A DNA stretch of 20,896 nucleotides from Archangium sp. (GCA_016792935.1 JAEUJS010000455.1:1-20896); one strand, 5' to 3'; counted from the stretch's first letter, positions 1-8,668 are shown. Made by a program: numbers and translations. The notes: generated from the sequence alone by a model not told the origin.

Positions 1-516
1 GACGCGCGAGAGCGGCCGCACCACGAAGGTGATGGTCTCGAGCTGCGCGTCGGTGAAGCCGCCGTTCGCGCGCGTGGCGAACGAGATGGCGTGCACCGTG
101 CCGCCCATGAAGCGCATCGGCATGAACACGATGTCGGTGAAGCCGCTCTGCTTGAGCTCCAGCACGTCGGACGGCGTGTTCTCGAGCGTGAGCGTGTGCA
201 GCACGCAGCGATCGACTTGCCCGGTCTCGAAGACGCGCGCGAACGGTGAGCGCTTGAAGACCTCGGCGTTGATCAACTCCCACGGCGCTTCGCCGACCTG
301 CGTCTTGCCGGTCTCGATTTCCCAGATGAAACGGCGGCCCACGATGGATGGGTGCAGCGTCTTCACGAACGCCGACATGCGATGCACCGGCACGCCCGCG
401 GCGTTCAAGTCGGGACCGAGGCGCTCGAGCACCGCCATCGGCGTCGGCGCTCCCGGCGCACCGTCCACCAACCAGTCGAAGAGCTCCTGCACCTTCGCGT
501 TGGGCATGGCGCGCAT
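1..516 (-). CDS. Conserved hypothetical protein, N-terminal 172 aa only; the gene continues beyond the window start. It weakly resembles the N-terminal regulatory region of some class III nucleotidyl cyclases.
   Basis: Reverse-strand frame is open from ATG (516..514; MRAMPNAKVQELFDWLV...) to position 1, with high third-position GC throughout. This partial ORF is not in the track because it runs off the window. The plus-strand ORF 29..559 over the same DNA translates to low-complexity nonsense. The product assignment is from memory and weak. Confidence 0.6.
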   Translation of the reverse strand, partial: MRAMPNAKVQELFDWLVDGAPGAPTPMAVLERLGPDLNAAGVPVHRMSAFVKTLHPSIVGRRFIWEIETGKTQVGEAPWELINAEVFKRSPFARVFETGQVDRCVLHTLTLENTPSDVLELKQSGFTDIVFMPMRFMGGTVHAISFATRANGGFTDAQLETITFVVRPLSRV

Positions 517-571
517 GATGCCATCCGGGCAGGAACTTTCTGGGCGGGTTTCTGGTTAAAACAGACATCCA

Positions 572-3500
572 GTGCTCGAGCCGTCTGCCCCGCCCCCGGG
601 TCCACTTCCGGAGCCCAAACCAGTTCCCCCGCCCGTCTCGTCCGACGGGCGCGCGTTGCGTCTGCTCGCCGAGGTCCGCGCCGCGCAGGCCCGCGCGCTG
701 TGGACGCAGGGGCTGCTCCTCGGGCTCATCGTCGCGCTGGTCTTCCTCGTCGCCGGCTCGTGGGTCGGCGCGTCGCACGCGCGCGTCGGGCTCGGTGTCC
801 TCGTCAGCGGCGGACTCTTCTCGTTCGCGGTGCTGGCGTGGTTCGGCGTGGTGTTGCCCCGCCGCAAAGTCGGAGACGACGCGCGCACCGCGAAGCTCCT
901 CGCCGAGCGACTCCCCGAGCTGAACCTCGACCTGCTCGCCGCGGTCGAGCTGAGCAAGGCGCTCGGTCGCACCGGCGAAGACTTCTCACCCGAGCTGGCC
1001 CGCGCCTTCTTGCGCGACGTCGATCTACGCGCCGCGAAGTTGTCGGTGCAGAAGCTCATCGACCAACGCCCCACGCAGCGCGCCGCGATGTCGATGGTGG
1101 CCACGGTCTTCGTGGTGCTCACCCTGTTGGTCGTGCAGGGCAAGAAGCTGCGCGAGGGGTTCGCCGCGGCGGTGACTCCGGCCGAGAAGACCGAGCCGTC
1201 GCGACGCCAGCCCATCACCGGTGACGTCGAGCTGACCTACCGCTACCCCGCGCACACGGGCCTCGAGCCGCGCACCATCGCGGGCAGCACGGGCGACGTC
1301 AGCGCGCCGACGGGCACCGAGGTGACGTTCAAGACGCGCGCAGACCGTGACGTCGAAGCGGCGGCGCTCATCTTCGGTCCCGCGGGGACGCGTGTGCCGC
1401 TGCGCGTGGACAAGCGCGAACTCATCGGCAGCTTCGTGGTGAACGAGAGCGGCGTGTTCCACGTGGCGTTCCTCAGCAAAGCCCCCTGGGGCGACGCCGT
1501 TGGGTTGCAAGACGGGACGGACCCTGTCGCCGAGGGGCCTGATCAATCCGTCACCGCGGAAGTCGATCAGCCGCCGCAGGCGCGCATCTCCGCGCCGGTG
1601 GACAACCTCGAGCTCGACCCCAAGAAACAGGTCGTCACCGTGAAGTTCGACGCCAGCGACGACTACGGGCTCACCACGCTCGACCTCGTCTTCACGCCCG
1701 TCGGCGGCAAGACGCAGCGCGTGTCGCTCAAGCCCGACGATGGCCGCACCACGCGCGGGAGCTACCAGTGGGACCTCGCGCCCCTCGCGCTCAACCCCGG
1801 CCAAATCGTCACCTACGCGCTCGAGGCGACGGACAACGACGCGGTGAAGGGCAACAAGAAGGGCACCTCCACCACGATGCGCCTCAAGCTCTACAGCTCG
1901 GCGGAGCATCGACGTGAAGCGCTGCAGAAGGCCGAGGTGTTGTGGACGCGTCTCATCGACCACCTCGCTGACCGCATGGAAGGTCCCGACCGAGCGCAGG
2001 CGACCAACGTCCCGCCTTCCAAAGGCTCCGTGGGCTCGGGGCTCGACGCGATGGTGACGGGCAAGCCGGTGGACGAGCGCGGCACGGTGCTCGCGACCGA
2101 CTTCATTCAGCTCGCGCACGACCTCAACGAGGAGCAAGACCCGCCGCAAGAACTCCTCGCCGCGATGCAGAACGTCGGTACCGAATTGCGCGACGACGTC
2201 GGTCAGGTGTCGACCAATCGCAACTTCCTCCTGCGCTTGAGTGGCCGCATCGCCGCGCCCAACGGCAAGACACAGTTCGTCGACCCGCGCGCGGGCTCGT
2301 ACACGCAGGACCTGCAGCGGCGTGTGTCCATCTCCATCGAGACCGACATCAAGCACTCCGAGAAGAACGTGCTGTACCTCGAGGCGCTGCTCGACCGCGC
2401 GCGGCTCGACGCCATTCGCGAGCTCACGCGGCAGCTGCGCGACGACCGCCAGGAGCTCTCGAAGCTGCTCGACGAATACAAGAACTCGCCCGACCCCGAG
2501 AATGGGCAGCGGCTGCTCGACCAGATGGATGCGCTCAAGCAGCGCATGGACGACCTGCAGAAACGCATCGCCGAGCTGTCGTCGAAGATTCACGACGACT
2601 TCATGAACGCGGAAGCGCTCCAGGAAATGAACCGTGAGTTCGACATGAACGACGTGTTCGCCGACATGGAGAAGCTCATCCGCGAAGGCAAGGCCGACGA
2701 AGCGCTGCGTCGCATGCAGGAATTCTCCATGCAGATGGACCAGTTCCTCGAGAACCTCGACCGGGCCGAAGAGCGCGCCGAACAACAGATGGACCCCGAG
2801 CTCGCGCAGCAGTTCACCGAGTTCCAGGACAACCTGCAGGACACCATCGACAAGCAGGACCAGCTCTCCGAGAAGACGCGGCAGCTGCGTGACAAGTACC
2901 GCGCCGCGCAGAAGGAACGCATCGCGAAGCAGGGTGAAGCGCTCAAGAAGGAACTGAAGGAAAAACTCGCCGAGCTCGAGAAGAGCTGGTCGCAGGGAGA
3001 GCAGCGCTACGGCGCCGAGTTCAAGGAGAAGCTCCGCGAAGCGCAGCAGTCGCGCGCCAACGTCGGGCAGTCGCTCGAGGCGAACGACTTCGACCTCGCG
3101 AGCGAGGCCGCCGAGTCGATGGAAAAGCGCGCGTGGGAGATGTCGTCACTCGCCCAGGAGATGTACCGCTGGGAAGACTCCCCGCAGAACCCGCCCGAAT
3201 ACCGGCGTGAGGCGCGTCAGAACGCCGAGAAGTACGCGAAGGACGCGAAGAAGGCGGCCGAGATTTCCTCGAAGCTGCGCGACCTCTTCCCGCAGCCCGG
3301 TCAGCAGATGAGCGAGGCCGACCGCCAGCAGATGAACGAGCTCTCGCGTCAGCAGAAGCAGCTGCAGAACCAGGCGGCGCAGTTGCAGCAGCAGATGGAC
3401 GACATCAACGAGCGCGCTCCCATCTTCAATCAGGACTCGATGGACCAGGCGCAGCAGGCCGGTCAACGCATGCAGGGCGCTGGAGAGAAGCTGCAGGGCA

Positions 3501-3790
3501 AAGACCCGGGCCGCGGCTTCGGAGAACAGCAGGGCGCGCTGCAGTCACTGCGCGGGCTGCAGCAGTCGATGGGCGAGTCGGGCAACAAGGGCAAGGGCGG
3601 CATTCCGCTCCCGATGCGCGGCAAACGTGGTGGTCGCGGCACGAGCAACGAGAAGGTCGAGATTCCCGACGAAGACCCCAACGCCGCGCCGCGCGAGTTC
3701 CGCAAGGACGTGATGGACGCGATGAAGCAGGGCCAGCCCGACCGCTACAAGGAACAGAACAAGAAGTACTACGAGGAGCTGGTGAAGTGA
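572..3790 (+). CDS. Large (1072 aa) membrane-anchored protein. It has a Pro-rich N-terminus, two predicted TM helices, a beta-rich central region and a long E/Q/K/R-rich coiled-coil C-terminal half.
   Basis: GTG start at 572, the only start after the in-frame stop at 557-559. Hydrophobic segments LLLGLIVALVFLVAGSWVGA and LGVLVSGGLFSFAVLAWFGVVL. About 600 aa of heptad-like low-complexity sequence (…LQKRIAELSSKIHDDFMNAEALQEMN… QQKQLQNQAAQLQQQMDD…). High GC3. The antisense ORF 1025..2785 is rejected. Confidence 0.85.
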   Translation: MLEPSAPPPGPLPEPKPVPPPVSSDGRALRLLAEVRAAQARALWTQGLLLGLIVALVFLVAGSWVGASHARVGLGVLVSGGLFSFAVLAWFGVVLPRRKVGDDARTAKLLAERLPELNLDLLAAVELSKALGRTGEDFSPELARAFLRDVDLRAAKLSVQKLIDQRPTQRAAMSMVATVFVVLTLLVVQGKKLREGFAAAVTPAEKTEPSRRQPITGDVELTYRYPAHTGLEPRTIAGSTGDVSAPTGTEVTFKTRADRDVEAAALIFGPAGTRVPLRVDKRELIGSFVVNESGVFHVAFLSKAPWGDAVGLQDGTDPVAEGPDQSVTAEVDQPPQARISAPVDNLELDPKKQVVTVKFDASDDYGLTTLDLVFTPVGGKTQRVSLKPDDGRTTRGSYQWDLAPLALNPGQIVTYALEATDNDAVKGNKKGTSTTMRLKLYSSAEHRREALQKAEVLWTRLIDHLADRMEGPDRAQATNVPPSKGSVGSGLDAMVTGKPVDERGTVLATDFIQLAHDLNEEQDPPQELLAAMQNVGTELRDDVGQVSTNRNFLLRLSGRIAAPNGKTQFVDPRAGSYTQDLQRRVSISIETDIKHSEKNVLYLEALLDRARLDAIRELTRQLRDDRQELSKLLDEYKNSPDPENGQRLLDQMDALKQRMDDLQKRIAELSSKIHDDFMNAEALQEMNREFDMNDVFADMEKLIREGKADEALRRMQEFSMQMDQFLENLDRAEERAEQQMDPELAQQFTEFQDNLQDTIDKQDQLSEKTRQLRDKYRAAQKERIAKQGEALKKELKEKLAELEKSWSQGEQRYGAEFKEKLREAQQSRANVGQSLEANDFDLASEAAESMEKRAWEMSSLAQEMYRWEDSPQNPPEYRREARQNAEKYAKDAKKAAEISSKLRDLFPQPGQQMSEADRQQMNELSRQQKQLQNQAAQLQQQMDDINERAPIFNQDSMDQAQQAGQRMQGAGEKLQGKDPGRGFGEQQGALQSLRGLQQSMGESGNKGKGGIPLPMRGKRGGRGTSNEKVEIPDEDPNAAPREFRKDVMDAMKQGQPDRYKEQNKKYYEELVK

Positions 3791-5535
3791 TCTCCGCGCT
3801 CGTCGTCGCGACGCTGGTGCTCGCGCAGACCCCATCAGCAGGCTTGCCTGCTGGGGTAGCCGAGGAGCCCGACCTCTCTTCCGTGAAGGGCGAGGCGAAG
3901 GCGCGCATCCAGAACCTCGACCAGTACCTCGACGATTGGGACCTCGAGGCCGCGAAGGGAGAGCTCGCCGCGCTCGAGAAATTGGCGCCCGCCGACATCG
4001 AGCCGCTGGCGTACTACCAGGGCCGCATCGCCTTCGAAGAGGGCCGCTACGAAGACGCGTCGAAGCTGCTCGAGAAGGCTGGCCTCACCGACAAGCCCAA
4101 CAGCTGGGTGCGCCTCGCGAAGGACACCGGGCAAATCGTCGCCAACTACGAGAAGGCCGAGAGCGAACACTTCATCTTTCTGTACCCGAAGGGGCGTGAC
4201 GCGGTGCTCGTGCCGTGGGCGCTCGAGACGCTCGAGAGTGCGCGCGCTGCGTTGGAGAAGGACCTCGGCTACGCGCCTCCCGGAAAAGTGCGCGTCGAAG
4301 TGGTGAGCAGCGGGAGCGAGCTGGCGAAGGTCTCGACGCTCACCAAAGAAGCCATCAAGACCACCGGCACCATCGCCATCTGCAAGTTCAACAAGCTGAT
4401 GGTGACGAGCCCCCGCGCGCTGGTGCTCGGCTACGACTGGCTCGACACGCTCGCGCACGAATACGTACACCTCGTGGTCAGCAAGAAGAGCCGCAACACC
4501 GTGCCCATCTGGATGCACGAGGGCCTCGCGAAGTACCTCGAGTCTCGGTGGCGTGGTCCTGCGGGCGGAGCGATGACGCCTCCCACGCTCGCGTTGCTCG
4601 GCATGCGCGTGAAGAAGAACACGCTGGTGCCCTTCGAGAAGATGCACCCCTCGATGGCGTTGCTCCCGACGGCGGAAGACGCGGCGACGGCGTTCGCGGA
4701 GGTGTTCTTCGCGTTGAAGCTCATCGACACCGAAGGCGGCCCGCAGGCGCTGGAGCGGTTGCTCGACGAGATGAGCAAGGGCGTCAGTGACCGCGCGGCC
4801 GTCGAGCACGTGATGAAGCGGAAGTGGCCGGCGTTCGAAGCGAGCTGGATGGCGTCGCTCAAGAAGCAGCCGTTCCCGAAAGAGCTGATTCCGCCGTCGT
4901 CCTTCGAGAAGAAGGAGCTCACCGAGAACAAGAACGCCGAGCCGAAGAAGAAGGCGCGCGAGGTGAGCTTCGGAGATTTCGCCGAGGTGACCGAGAACGA
5001 CGCGCGGCGTGATGCGCATCTCGGTGAGCTGTTCCGTGAGCGTCAGCGCATGAAGGCGGCGGCCGAGGCGTACGCGCGCGCGCACAAGGTGGTGGGCGAC
5101 AAGTACGAGTCGGTGTCGAACAAATACGCGCTGACGTTGCTCGAGCTCGAGCGGTACGACGACGCGGCGAAGGTGCTCGAGTCGAGCCTCGTGATGCATC
5201 CCGGGGTGTCGGCCACCAACGTGCACCTCGGTCGTATCTATCTGCGCGCGGAGAAGTGGGACGCGGCGAAGACGGCGTATCTCGCGGCCAACGCGGTGAA
5301 CCCGTTCGATCCTGAGATTCATGTCGCGCTGTTCGTCGCGGCGACGGAGCTCAAGGACGTGAAGCTCGCGGCGCGCGAGAAGGAAGCGGTGAAGCTGCTG
5401 CTCTCGCTCGATGACGCGAAGGTGACGGAGCTCGCTCGGCGTTTCTCGGGCATCAAGGATCTCGCGAACGTCGACTTGAACGCGGGCGCCGTAGAGAAGT
5501 CCTCCGACACGAAGAAGACGGACGCGGGGACCTGA
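3787..5535 (+). CDS. TPR-repeat protein with a peptidase MA-like (gluzincin) motif, possibly secreted.
   Basis: HEYVHLVVSKKSRNTVPIWMHEGLAKYLE gives HExxH plus a downstream WxxEGxAxY, as in Peptidase_MA_2-type domains. TPR-like helical repeats at both ends. GTG 3787 overlaps the stop of the upstream gene (GTGA). The first ~32 codons use AT-ending codons and contain a hairpin, so the true start may be GTG 3883. The N-terminus MISALVVATLVLAQTPSAG looks signal-peptide-like but has no basic n-region. Confidence 0.75.
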   Translation: MISALVVATLVLAQTPSAGLPAGVAEEPDLSSVKGEAKARIQNLDQYLDDWDLEAAKGELAALEKLAPADIEPLAYYQGRIAFEEGRYEDASKLLEKAGLTDKPNSWVRLAKDTGQIVANYEKAESEHFIFLYPKGRDAVLVPWALETLESARAALEKDLGYAPPGKVRVEVVSSGSELAKVSTLTKEAIKTTGTIAICKFNKLMVTSPRALVLGYDWLDTLAHEYVHLVVSKKSRNTVPIWMHEGLAKYLESRWRGPAGGAMTPPTLALLGMRVKKNTLVPFEKMHPSMALLPTAEDAATAFAEVFFALKLIDTEGGPQALERLLDEMSKGVSDRAAVEHVMKRKWPAFEASWMASLKKQPFPKELIPPSSFEKKELTENKNAEPKKKAREVSFGDFAEVTENDARRDAHLGELFRERQRMKAAAEAYARAHKVVGDKYESVSNKYALTLLELERYDDAAKVLESSLVMHPGVSATNVHLGRIYLRAEKWDAAKTAYLAANAVNPFDPEIHVALFVAATELKDVKLAAREKEAVKLLLSLDDAKVTELARRFSGIKDLANVDLNAGAVEKSSDTKKTDAGT

Positions 5536-5828
5536 TGCTCGCTCTCTTGCTCTTGCTGCTCGCTGGTGACGTGTTGCCACCGCCACCGCCCGGCGAGTTC
5601 AGCCTTCGGCCTCCGAAGACGACCACGGCGGACGGTGGCGTCGTGTCGTGTCAGACGGTGAACGAGTGCTGGCTCGCTCCAGACGGCAGCCCGATGCCGC
5701 GGCCCGCGCGCTTCAAGAAGAAGCCGCTGCCGAAGGGCGACTGCGGAAAGAACCTGCTGTGGCTGCGCAATCGGCTCACGTGTGAAGAGAACGTCTGCAA
5801 GTCAACGTACATGGGCGACGCGTGCTGA
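5535..5828 (+). CDS. Small (97 aa) secreted cysteine-rich protein.
   Basis: ATG overlaps the upstream stop (TGATG). N-terminus MLALLLLLLAGDVLPPPPP is a signal-peptide-like leader. Six Cys in the mature part (SCQTVNEC…DCGKN…TCEENVCKS…DAC). High GC3. Confidence 0.55.
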   Translation: MLALLLLLLAGDVLPPPPPGEFSLRPPKTTTADGGVVSCQTVNECWLAPDGSPMPRPARFKKKPLPKGDCGKNLLWLRNRLTCEENVCKSTYMGDAC

Positions 5829-5856
5829 TTCCCTGCTCGCTCCCGGTGCGCTCTCG

Positions 5857-7059
5857 TCATTTGACGGGCACGTAGCTCGTCGGCACGCCGCCGTTCTTCA
5901 CCAGCTCGTGAAACGTCTCGACGGCATCGGTCGCCTTGCGCTGCAGCGTGGCGTCGGTGCGCACGTCGACCGTGAAGAGTCCGAACCGATTCCGGTAGTC
6001 GCCCCACTCGTAGTTGTCGGTGAGTGACCAGTAGTTGAAGCCGATGACGTCGATGCCTTCGTCGCGCGCGCGCTGCAGCCAATAGATGTGGTCGCGCAAA
6101 TGGTTGCTGCGCGTGTAGCCGTCGCGGCGCGGCAGTCCGTCGTCGGTCGCCATGCCGTTCTCCACCACGTACAGCGGCAGGTGCGGAGCGCGTGCGTGGT
6201 AGTCGCGCAGCGCGGTGAGCAACTCGCTCGGGCGGAAATTCACGCGCCAGAATTTGCCGCGACCGGCGTGCGCGACGGACAGGTCGAGCGTGAGCGCGTA
6301 GTAGTAGTCGAGCGCGATGAAATCGACGTGATGTGCGACGCGCTCGAAGAACCAGTCGTCGAACCAGCTCGCGGGTGCTGGTTCCCACACGACGTTGGTC
6401 GAGACCGGAGCGCCGGCGTCTTCACGATGCAGCAGATCGAACGCGACGACGTGCATCTGAACGAGCCGTGCCTTCGCGCGCTCGACCTCGGCGTCGGGGA
6501 CGGAGCCGTGTCGGCGTTCGAGCGTGAGGAAGTAGGACGCTTCGTTGAGCGTGACCCACCGTGCACCTCTCGAGCGGTAGCGCCTGGCGACCACTTCGAC
6601 GAAGTCGCGAAACGCGCGAACGATGGAATCTGAAGCGAGTCCTCCTTCGTCGAGCACCCAGCCGGGCGTGACGAAGTGCAACAGCGTCGGCATCGGCGTC
6701 ATGCCTCGCTCGCGGAGTGCCTCGAACATTTGGTCGTAGTGCCGGAGGGCCTCTTCATCGACCACGCCGCGCCTGGGCATGACGCGCGCCCACTCGATGG
6801 AGAAGCGGAACGTGTCGACTCCGAGTGAGGCGGCGAGCGCGATGTCGTCGCGGAAGCGGCGGAAGAAATCGACCGAGTCGGCGTACGGCTCGTGCGCGGT
6901 GCCCGGGCGCGTCGTGTAGCGAGTCCAGTTGCTGTCGGGGAACGAGCCCTCGCTCTGAAATCCGGAGGTCGCGACGCCCCAATGAAAGTCTTTGGGGAGC
7001 TTCGAGACGGGCACCGCACAACCGCTCACCACCAACGAGATCAGGAACGCCGTCCGCAC
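5857..7059 (-). CDS. Glycoside hydrolase family 1 beta-glucosidase, predicted lipoprotein.
   Basis: GH1 hallmarks: FHWGVATSGFQSEG near the N-terminus, VTLNEASYF (acid/base Glu), YVVENGMA (nucleophile Glu), FNYWSLTDNYEWGDYRNRFGL. I place the start at GTG (7059) giving MRTAFLISLVVSGC, an n-h-lipobox leader 8 aa before the GH1 domain. The track ORF extends to 7326, but codons 7060-7326 are AT-ending/rare and antisense to the 7142.. gene. Confidence 0.88.
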   Translation of the reverse strand: MRTAFLISLVVSGCAVPVSKLPKDFHWGVATSGFQSEGSFPDSNWTRYTTRPGTAHEPYADSVDFFRRFRDDIALAASLGVDTFRFSIEWARVMPRRGVVDEEALRHYDQMFEALRERGMTPMPTLLHFVTPGWVLDEGGLASDSIVRAFRDFVEVVARRYRSRGARWVTLNEASYFLTLERRHGSVPDAEVERAKARLVQMHVVAFDLLHREDAGAPVSTNVVWEPAPASWFDDWFFERVAHHVDFIALDYYYALTLDLSVAHAGRGKFWRVNFRPSELLTALRDYHARAPHLPLYVVENGMATDDGLPRRDGYTRSNHLRDHIYWLQRARDEGIDVIGFNYWSLTDNYEWGDYRNRFGLFTVDVRTDATLQRKATDAVETFHELVKNGGVPTSYVPVK

Positions 7060-7141
7060 ATTTCGAGCGTAGCGGGAGAGGGGGAACTCGCGCGCTGCGC
7101 TCAGGCGAGTACTGTCGTGTTCGCAGGTCCTGGGAGATTCC

Positions 7142-7840
7142 ATGCACATCGACGGCTTCTCGGTCGACGCCTTCCGGCGCACGGTCGATGACGACCAGAT
7201 CGTGGTCATCGCGCTCGGGGACGAGCCGGCCGCGCTTCGTGAGCGACTCGGCGGCAACACCGAGACGTGGCTCACCTCGACCTCGCCCCACGCCGCCGAG
7301 CTCGACGTGCTGTTCGGTCGCCCCACCGGACTCCCCGAGCTGCTCTTCGTGCGTCACGGCGTCATCGTGCGCTGGTGGCTCGGCCATTCCGGCTCGCTCT
7401 CATCGCTCGACGTGAAGCCTGACATTGAGGCGCCGTTCACTCCGGAGCGCTACCGCGCATTGGTCGACGAAGTGCGCGCGCTCAGCGACGTCGAAGCTGC
7501 GTGGAGAGAAGTCACTTCGTGGCGCGAACTCCCCGACACGGTGCCGACCGCGTACGCGTTCAACGACGAGACGCTCCGACTCGAGCGCGGCGGCGCGGCG
7601 AGCCAGCGTCACAAGAACGGAGAGCTCCTCGGCACGTGGAGACTCCGCAGTGACGGCGACCTCGACCTCTTCTGGAAACGCTTCGTGCGCGAGAACGACG
7701 AAGGCACCGAGACCTCCGAGCTGGACCGACGCGAGGTCTGGCAGCTCGGTCAACGCGACGGTCGGGTGCAGGTGAGACCGACGCGCGGTCTGCTCCCGCG
7801 GCTCACGGCCTCGCACCGTGTCTTCATCGCCGACGCCTGA
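7142..7840 (+). CDS. Hypothetical protein (232 aa).
   Basis: ATG 7142 with high GC3 over the whole frame and no recognisable motifs. It is divergent from the GH1 gene with an 82-bp intergenic region if GH1 starts at 7059. An alternative in-frame GTG at 7202 cannot be excluded. Confidence 0.6.
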   Translation: MHIDGFSVDAFRRTVDDDQIVVIALGDEPAALRERLGGNTETWLTSTSPHAAELDVLFGRPTGLPELLFVRHGVIVRWWLGHSGSLSSLDVKPDIEAPFTPERYRALVDEVRALSDVEAAWREVTSWRELPDTVPTAYAFNDETLRLERGGAASQRHKNGELLGTWRLRSDGDLDLFWKRFVRENDEGTETSELDRREVWQLGQRDGRVQVRPTRGLLPRLTASHRVFIADA

Positions 7841-7852
7841 CCAATTCCGCCC

Positions 7853-8668
7853 TCAGCGACGCGATGCCTTCACTTTGATGCCCAGCTTGTCGAAGCGCCG
7901 CAACACGTCGCGCTCGAGTGACTTCTCGTAGACCTTCGTCCGCTCGGCGTTCTTCAGATGTCCGAAGGGATTACGAGGCGACTCGGTGTCGTCGAAGTCG
8001 CAGCCCTCGAACACCGCCTCTCTCGCGCTCTCCAGGTCCATCGTGATGCGCTTCTCGACGCGCTTCTTCTCGCGAGCGTTGAGCACCGGCCACAGCTGCG
8101 CGAGCAACGTCCACCCCAGCTGCGAGTGAAACGACTCATCGCGCGTCAGCGCCGTCACCACTTCGCGCGCCAGCGGGTCTTCCGTCACGTCACGCGTCGC
8201 GGCGAGCAGCGCGGTGGACAGAGTCTCTCCGATGCACAGACTTCCGGTGAGCGTCTGCACCGCGCGCACCCGCAGCGGCTCCGCTGAATCACTGCGCACC
8301 CACTTCGGCTCGCCGGGAATCTCGTCGGTGCCGCCAAGCGCGTTCACCAATCGCCGGCACAGCTCGACGTGCCGTGCTTCATCGCGCACCACGCGGACCG
8401 CGGCGGTCAACGTGTCGAACGCGCAGCCCAGCTCCGTCAGCTCGAAGAGGAACTCGGTGAAGCCGACCTGCGAGCGATACTCGTCGAGCGTGCGCAGCTG
8501 CCACGACTCGCGCGCCCAGCTGATGGTGTCTTCGTCGTAGCGGCTCGGGTCGAACGCCTCGAACGACTTCGCGTGCAGCGCCTCGGGCAACGCCTCGTCG
8601 AAGAAGCGCCGCTGATTCGTCGCGAGTCCGGAGTCGGCCGCGCCGAGGTGAAGGATGGGCTGCGTCAT
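7853..8668 (-). CDS. Ferritin-like diiron-carboxylate superfamily protein.
   Basis: Two ExxH motifs (VRDEARHVELC and TRDESFHSQLGW), each preceded by a helix carrying a Glu (LDEYRSQ; CIGETLS). This is the E/ExxH/E/ExxH arrangement of AurF/MiaE/Coq7-type four-helix-bundle oxidases. I place the start at ATG 8668 (MTQPILHLG) because the 16 codons upstream to GTG 8716 are AT-ending. It lies 4 nt downstream of the Lys-rich gene on the same strand. Confidence 0.7.
   Translation of the reverse strand: MTQPILHLGAADSGLATNQRRFFDEALPEALHAKSFEAFDPSRYDEDTISWARESWQLRTLDEYRSQVGFTEFLFELTELGCAFDTLTAAVRVVRDEARHVELCRRLVNALGGTDEIPGEPKWVRSDSAEPLRVRAVQTLTGSLCIGETLSTALLAATRDVTEDPLAREVVTALTRDESFHSQLGWTLLAQLWPVLNAREKKRVEKRITMDLESAREAVFEGCDFDDTESPRNPFGHLKNAERTKVYEKSLERDVLRRFDKLGIKVKASRR

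Noticed and set aside
1025-2785. 586-aa minus-strand ORF antisense to the giant coiled-coil gene.
   Set aside because: The translation is His/Arg/Val/Leu-rich low-complexity, typical of the reverse frame of GC-rich coding DNA. The sense strand (572..3790) has coherent TM/coiled-coil architecture and high GC3. The same reasoning applies to 352..1224(+), 556..1218(-), 2203..2568(-) and 2590..2946(-).
3835-5586. 583-aa minus-strand ORF antisense to the TPR/peptidase-MA-like gene.
   Set aside because: Arg-rich nonsense (…RRRRVFRRREQRHRG…) versus a clear HExxH/TPR protein on the plus strand.
6088-6633. Plus-strand ORFs (6088..6633, 6333..6527, 6825..7415, 6892..7191) and minus ORFs (6240..6566, 6699..7019, 6755..7387) inside or overlapping the GH1 gene.
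   Set aside because: All are alternative frames of a gene with unambiguous GH1 motifs. The translations are Arg/Ser-rich low-complexity.
7060-7326. N-terminal 89-codon extension of the GH1 ORF, including the ATG candidates at 7149 and 7143 whose codons overlap the divergent gene's ATG at 7142.
   Set aside because: Rare AT-ending codons, antisense overlap with gene 7142.., and a much better lipoprotein signal start at GTG 7059 right before the GH1 domain.
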